In this document: in pieces, positions 57,916-64,000 of the stretch
Numbering within the stretch: the stretch's first letter is position 1
Layout: the number at the start of each line of letters is the position of its first letter
Assembly (NCBI GenBank): GCA_951406725.2
Contig: OX597826.1
Coordinates: forward strand, 5,022,001 to 5,086,000
DNA from: Octopus vulgaris
Taxonomy: Eukaryota
Length of the DNA stretch: 64,000 bases
Direction of reading: 5' to 3'
Notes under the pieces: generated by a model
Told to the model about the DNA's origin: nothing
Seen by the model: only the letters and a program-made list of their open reading frames with translations
The model's database searches: none
Made by a program: the position numbers and the translations under genes

Positions 57916-58526
57916 ATAATAAATATATAGTTTAATAAATAATGAAGGGTGCCTGAATGGGATATAATGGCGTTCACCTGATAACATTGTGGATGTGAGG
58001 CTTTTGTTAAGGTCCTCGCTTCATCCAGGACTACAACTACAGGGAGATGAGCTACATGAAGACATTTCACACCAATGGTAACAACACGAGTACTCCGTAA
58101 AGAAACCTCTACTCCTGGTGCCGCTGCAGTATGGATCTGTGCCAGGCATGCCTAACACAATGCGGATGGTGGTGGCAGCAGATAGAACGCCAGACCAGTG
58201 GGAAAGCAGTCCACCCGGAAGACAGAATAGAAGACGCTTCAATCTGATACTCTTGTAACCGGGGATAAACATGTCAGTCAAGTTCCAACAATAATACAGG
58301 GGATGAGATATTTGTCACCACTACCCGTCCTATAAAACACGTCTTAGGTAATTTTTGTAAGTGAAGCGAAAATGCGGTAAAAGTTTTAACACAGTGCAGT
58401 TAGAGACGTAAGTAAAAAAGGGCAAATAAGTATGTTTTAAATAACACTCAAATACATGGCAGTAGCCATTCTGGGTGTTTTACCTTCATACCACTACGTA
58501 CATGTGTGTGTGTGTGTGTATGTATG

Positions 58527-58602
<76 letters not shown>

Positions 58603-58611
<9 letters not shown>

Positions 58612-58970
58612 GTGTACATTTAAGCACAAGAGAAAACTACATTTAAAAGGTAATTTTTACACGCCTGAAGAAGCACGGTTACTGATGAGAATTCGCTTAG
58701 CAAATTATTTTATTTGCAGAAGAAATTCGAAACCTAGGTATAACCGCCAAAAATAACAAAGTAAAAGTTTTTATTTTTCATTCCCGTCGAAAATTACTAT
58801 TAGAATGTGGTTTTGGTCGTTTTGACTGCTTCTTCAAGCGTGTAAAAATTACCTGTTAAAGGTAGTTTTCTCTTGTGTTTAAATGTACACTATTTTATAA
58901 TGAGAATATGTTGTCTATTGACTATTTATACATTCTAGGCCACTGGTGGTGATATTTCTAAGAATATTCG

Positions 58971-58976
<6 letters not shown>
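58603..58976 (+). mobile_element. Small non-coding Penelope-like (pLTR/retrozyme-type) element inserted in (TA)n
   Basis: 73-bp inverted repeat 58603-58675 / 58827-58899 (4 mismatches) enclosing a hammerhead; (TA)n on both flanks. Confidence 0.7.
58676..58746 (+). ncRNA. Intact minimal type I hammerhead ribozyme
   Basis: Stem I CGGTTA/TAACCG; core CTGATGA; stem II GAATT/AATTC extended by CTT/AAG and GCAAAT/ATTTGC; GAAA; stem III C-ctag-G within palindrome ACCTAGGT; GUA cleavage site after 58740. Confidence 0.9.
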
Positions 58977-59034
<58 letters not shown>

Positions 59035-59523
59035 TACACACAAGTATGTATATAAATGTATATATTTTTATGCAGATACATATGAATATATATTACTTCT
59101 GATTCTAGTTTCCTCTTCCTCCTCCGCTTCTCTTTCTACGCCTATTCGTTCACCATTGCCTATTCCTCCAACAGACTATCGATACAAGCAAGCAACAGAT
59201 CAGCTCAGACAGATTTGTGCATAAGAAGAAAAAAAAGTAAAAGAAATTAAGCAGCGTATAACCATCATGCATCATCATCATCATTATTATTGTTATCAGG
59301 TCCACTGCCACCGATACCCAGTATATCTCCTACTACCACCACTTTAACTCCTTCAGTGCAATGGCCGATAAAATTAATCTCGGAGACAACACCAAAGAGA
59401 TAAAACTGATCGAACGTAATATAGAGAAGAAGAAGAAGAAAAAACTTTGGAAGAAAATAAAATATTAAATGTCAGAATAAAACAACTACTTCAACTACGG
59501 TAACTACTTCTGATGATGATGAC

Positions 59524-59556
<33 letters not shown>

Positions 59557-60054
59557 AATGGTTACAATGTGATTAATAATAATATAAAAAAATGTACATT
59601 AATCATATTCATGATGATAGTGAAGATCATAATGTTGGTGATATAACGATGGCAATGATGATGATAGGCACAATGATTATTTCTCTCTCTCTCTCTCTCT
59701 CACTTCTTGTATACACACACACACACACACTACTCCATTATTGAAAAAACTATGGAGCCAACCAAGCAACTTCACTAAGATGAATATTAAAAGCATATAT
59801 CTTTCAGTGACCTTGGTTTGGTGTACTAAGGTCAGAGGTATAGCATGGCTTTTTATTCCCCGTTTGCTGCCATTGTTATAATGTACAGACATGATTGTCC
59901 CAATCGGACGTCATCCTGGCGGATCTCACGCTTGATTCTAGCGAAATTACGTTTGAAGTAGTTTCTGTATGAGTTGCATCGATTGTATTTGTATGAGACT
60001 TATATGAGTATTGTAGAGCAGATCATATATTTTTACAGTAGATTATTGATCTTC

Positions 60055-60086
<32 letters not shown>

Positions 60087-60940
60087 ATACATACATACGT
60101 AAGTATTCGTTTTAAATGAAAAGAAAACAGATATACATATAGGAAAGAATAATAATGTTGCTATGAATACACTTGAGTTGTATTCGATATTTTATACCAT
60201 ATGACTAGATTTCCTGATGTGATCTTGTTGATTTCTACTTTAAAATACACTACATAGAAAAAACTAAAGATGGTAAAAGAAATAAGAAGAAAAATAAGAT
60301 AGAAAAAAAATTCACCTGAACAGACATATGTGAATGATGAACATAAGGATATTTTCTTTCTGGTGAGATTTAGATGTGGTTTTATATAATGTCCTACTTG
60401 AGTATTCCTTTTAGAAGACATAAGATTAGCGAGAAGAGGCGGCATTTCATTTCTAAAAAAATATGTTCCCAAAATACATTTACATTTAAAATGTTAAACT
60501 TTTGTCATAATATTTTCTATATTATTTATGTGATCAAGTGTGTATACGCATGTGTGTATCGGGTGAGTGTCGGAGCGGGGGAAGAATTAATATGGCCGCT
60601 GTCGAACAGAATAACAACGTGTTGTTTACTACTCGTTTACGTTGTAAGTTTAAATCCTGCTCTGGTTGTCGTTGCTTTCCGTCTTTCTGGAGCCGATAAC
60701 AAAATAAATAAAATAAAATAAAATAAAACAAAATAAATAAAAGTACCAATCGATTACTAGAGTAAATTTAATCGACTGTTTCCATAGCCTGCATTTGTGA
60801 ATTAAAATAGATTTCAAATGGGTGGGGGAATGAAAACCGCTCGAGCGCTCGACATACAGGTAACATAACCACATGTATTTCAATTCCAGACTTTTATAAC
60901 TCTTTTGATCTCCGAATAAAACTTGTAAAATCCATGTCGG

Positions 60941-60989
<49 letters not shown>

Positions 60990-61000
60990 GTATATTATAT

Positions 61001-61033
<33 letters not shown>

Positions 61034-61045
61034 CGTATATTATAT

Positions 61046-61320
<275 letters not shown>

Positions 61321-61332
61321 TGTAACGTCATA

Positions 61333-61382
<50 letters not shown>

Positions 61383-61406
61383 CGCAGGTGTTACATATTT
61401 ATAGAT

Positions 61407-61790
61407 GCAGGCGTGGCTTTGTGGTGAGATACTTGCATCTCAATCACATGATTCCAGGGTCGGTCCCCTTGCGTTGTCACCTTCCCAAATGTCCTCTATT
61501 ATAAGCCTCATGTCGACCAATGACTTGTGAGTGGATTTTGTAGACGGAAACTTAAATTAACCCGTCGTATACATATGTGTATATATATGTGTGTTTGTGT
61601 GTGTCTGCGTCGTTTGTATCTATCCGCCCTCACCTCTGATTGACAACAGCAGTTGGTGTGCTTACGCCCCCGTAACTTAGCGGTTCGGCCTAAGAGACCG
61701 ATCGCATAAGTATGTCCGGCTTTTAACAAAAATTAATTTGGGGTTGATTCATTTGAACAAAAATCTTTTGAAGCTGTGCTAAAACAATGC
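61407..61790 (+). mobile_element. CORE-like SINE, decayed
   Basis: gcaggcgtggctttgtggtgag...gtgagtggattttgtagacggaaac...cccgtaacttagcggttcgg. Confidence 0.82.
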
Positions 61791-63064
61791 GAAGCGTATT
61801 GTGACCAACGATGTGTAGCAATATCTGATAGCCTGCTCGGTCACGGTGATCATGGGTATATTTGTTACTACATAACCGTTGGAATATGCAGAAATAGCAG
61901 CCAAATCTCTCAAATTACATTCTACGCTCTCCTTAGAAAAGAATTAGTGACACTATATTTCGTTATGCAACTATAAGTATATGCAACTATAGAGTATATT
62001 TAACGTTTTTATAAAGCGATACCGTGTTCTACTGTGTTAGCAGTGCACTTTCATCTGGTGTCTCCGCATACGAAACATGGTAACCAAATCAGTGCTGGCT
62101 TTAACACCTGTTAAAATTCTGTAGAGATAACCCTAACCATTCTTTTAGAAAAATGACGGATGTCTTCGTATATTTGCATCCAAGAAAATGACAGGAGAGG
62201 AGCAGCTGCAACAGATTTGATTAATAGGTGTGTTCAATCAACACTAACTTGAAGTGAAACTACTTGTAGCCGCGGTTTCATTGGGGAATCTTTCATTGTG
62301 TGGTTTAGTTCTTATCAGTGTTGTAAAAGACGTCATCGCTTTTGAAATTAGAACTGATAGTGACGATTAAGTATATACGGAAAGAACAAAAGAGAAAAAC
62401 ATTCTAATTTTGTCATTCTTTTTAATTTCTAATGAGCACGTGTAGAAAATAGCTATGATCAGTGGTCAGTCTATGCTGTGCACATATTCGCTTGCGCACA
62501 TTTTACAAAATAAGAGAAAAATACGTGCACACAAGGTTTCTAAGACAAAATCGAACCTTCTTTTAATCGAACAAATTTCAACGATGAATGTGCACACACT
62601 TTCCAAAGAAACACAAAATGTTTACACAATGAAAATTTTGTTCATTCTCATAGCAAGGAATTAGATGGAACGTTCATTAAGAGAGGGCATAAGTATATTA
62701 ATCGCTATCATCCTGTCCTTTTATTAGTCTCTAAGACAACATTATCTGACGTGTCTATTCTTTATTTAAAATGACAGAGAGAGATATTTAAGGGAGCCAT
62801 AGTTGTTTTTCTTTTCTTGTTGGTCGAGTGATCAAGTGTACGCTACATTGCTTGTTTGTAAAGCAGTATAGCAAACTGGTAAGATTTAAAATGTCAATAT
62901 TTAATTAACGCGTAATTAATGCGCTTTTAATCCAGATGATATTTAGTTAGTGTCATCTGTGTTTACATAAAGCATTTGCTACTCAGCTTCAGGATTTACA
63001 TGTTTCAAATTTAATTACTTAAAACTAACAACACACTTATGTAACGAAACGAAATTAGTATTTA

Positions 63065-63464
63065 CTAGCAGTATCGCCCGGCGTTGCTCGGGTTTGTAAG
63101 GGAAATAACTATATGAGAATTTTTAGAGATGTAAAGTATAATAGCCATCTCAATATGGCTAACCACAAAGGTGGGGTGTTACTGTAGCTTTTTACGTTCT
63201 GAGATTTAATAATACATTTTTAGAGAGTTACTTCCCTTATATAATAGCAAAAAAAAAATGCATTAAAAATGGGAAAAAATTATGGTAAATTTTTTTTTCA
63301 AATCGTAGACTCATCGTAGACGCGCGCTAATACCCAGAAGGGCTCGATATGAATCACGACTATAAGATACCCGCTTTTGGTTACACTGCACCGCAAAATG
63401 TGGGAGTAGTTAGGAATCTAAATCGTAGGAGACAGACACACAACTTCACTTATATATATATAGA
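63065..63464 (-). mobile_element. Non-autonomous Helitron
   Basis: Minus strand reads A|TCTATATATATATAAG...CCCGAGCAACGCCGGG hairpin-CGATACTG-CTAG|T. Confidence 0.9.
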
Positions 63465-63614
63465 TTTCCATTACATATTTAAGGAAAATTGAAATGGTCA
63501 CGTGATATGTGAAACTATAACAGAGTGAGATGGCTGTTAATTCTTTGGAATTTTTGCGAAAAGCACATCAGTAATGTCTTAAAGTAATTGCGCATGGAAG
63601 CATATAATTATTAT

Positions 63615-64000
63615 TGGTGTCTGGCACAATCGTTAGCACGCCGAGCACAATTCTTACTAGCATTTTGTCCATCTTTAGGTTCTGAGTTCACATTCCGCCG
63701 AGGTCGACTTTGCCTTTTATACTTTCGGGGTCGATAAAATAAATACTACTTGAGCACTAGGTTCGATGTAATCGATTCATCCCATCTTCCTGTCTTACTA
63801 GCCTTGAGCCAAAATTTAAGCTCAATTTTTGCTAATAACATTATTTTAATATTTGAACTGTTGGAAATATCAATGCGTCAGGCAAAATGCTGTGTAGTAT
63901 TTGTTCCAGCTCTATACGTTCTGAGTTCAAATTCTGCTGAGATCGAATTCACCTTTCATTTCTCTTGGGTTGATAACATTAAAATACCAGCCAAGTACTG
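63615..64000 (+). mobile_element. Two successive older Deu-like SINE copies (63615-63825 and ~63860 to window end)
   Basis: ctggcacaatcgttagcacgccg...gttctgagttcacattccgccgaggtcgactttgcc; second core gttctgagttcaaattctgctgag... Confidence 0.85.

Noticed and set aside
58021-58281. Complex segment as the next host exon or a LINE endonuclease fragment
   Set aside because: The + frames after the candidate AG close early and do not continue the expected Cys pattern. The minus-strand 'IPGYKSIRL..GG..HWSG' resemblance to an APE domain is too weak to call.

Overview
AT-rich eukaryotic DNA saturated with microsatellites, not prokaryotic. The SINE families and the (TA)n/(GATA)n/(AAT)n load resemble an octopus or other coleoid cephalopod genome (inferred from recognition, no database search). 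Nearly all supplied ORFs are microsatellite artefacts. Host content I can support: two phase-compatible + strand coding exons (13650-13758 and 26512-26815, joined across a 12.75-kb phase-1 intron) of a Cys/Trp-patterned protein resembling DUF7042/DUF7043-type repeats. The rest is intronic or intergenic. It carries three tRNA-derived SINE groups (Deu/Nin-like, CORE-like, V-like), decayed RTE LINEs, four Merlin-like MITEs with 8-bp TSDs and internal TTAGGG repeats, TA-flanked MITEs, three non-autonomous Helitrons and several Penelope-type minimal hammerhead ribozyme motifs. Main findings: (1) an intact type I hammerhead ribozyme at 58676-58746 enclosed by a 73-bp inverted repeat, inside a (TA)n tract; (2) a hammerhead split by ~720 bp of insertions; (3) seven junctions where a SINE tail is fused at one of two fixed sites in the tRNA head of another copy of the same family, suggesting self-targeted retrotransposition; (4) an RTE copy whose YADD motif is replaced by an inverted copy of its own downstream sequence. 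Boundaries of old repeats are approximate.
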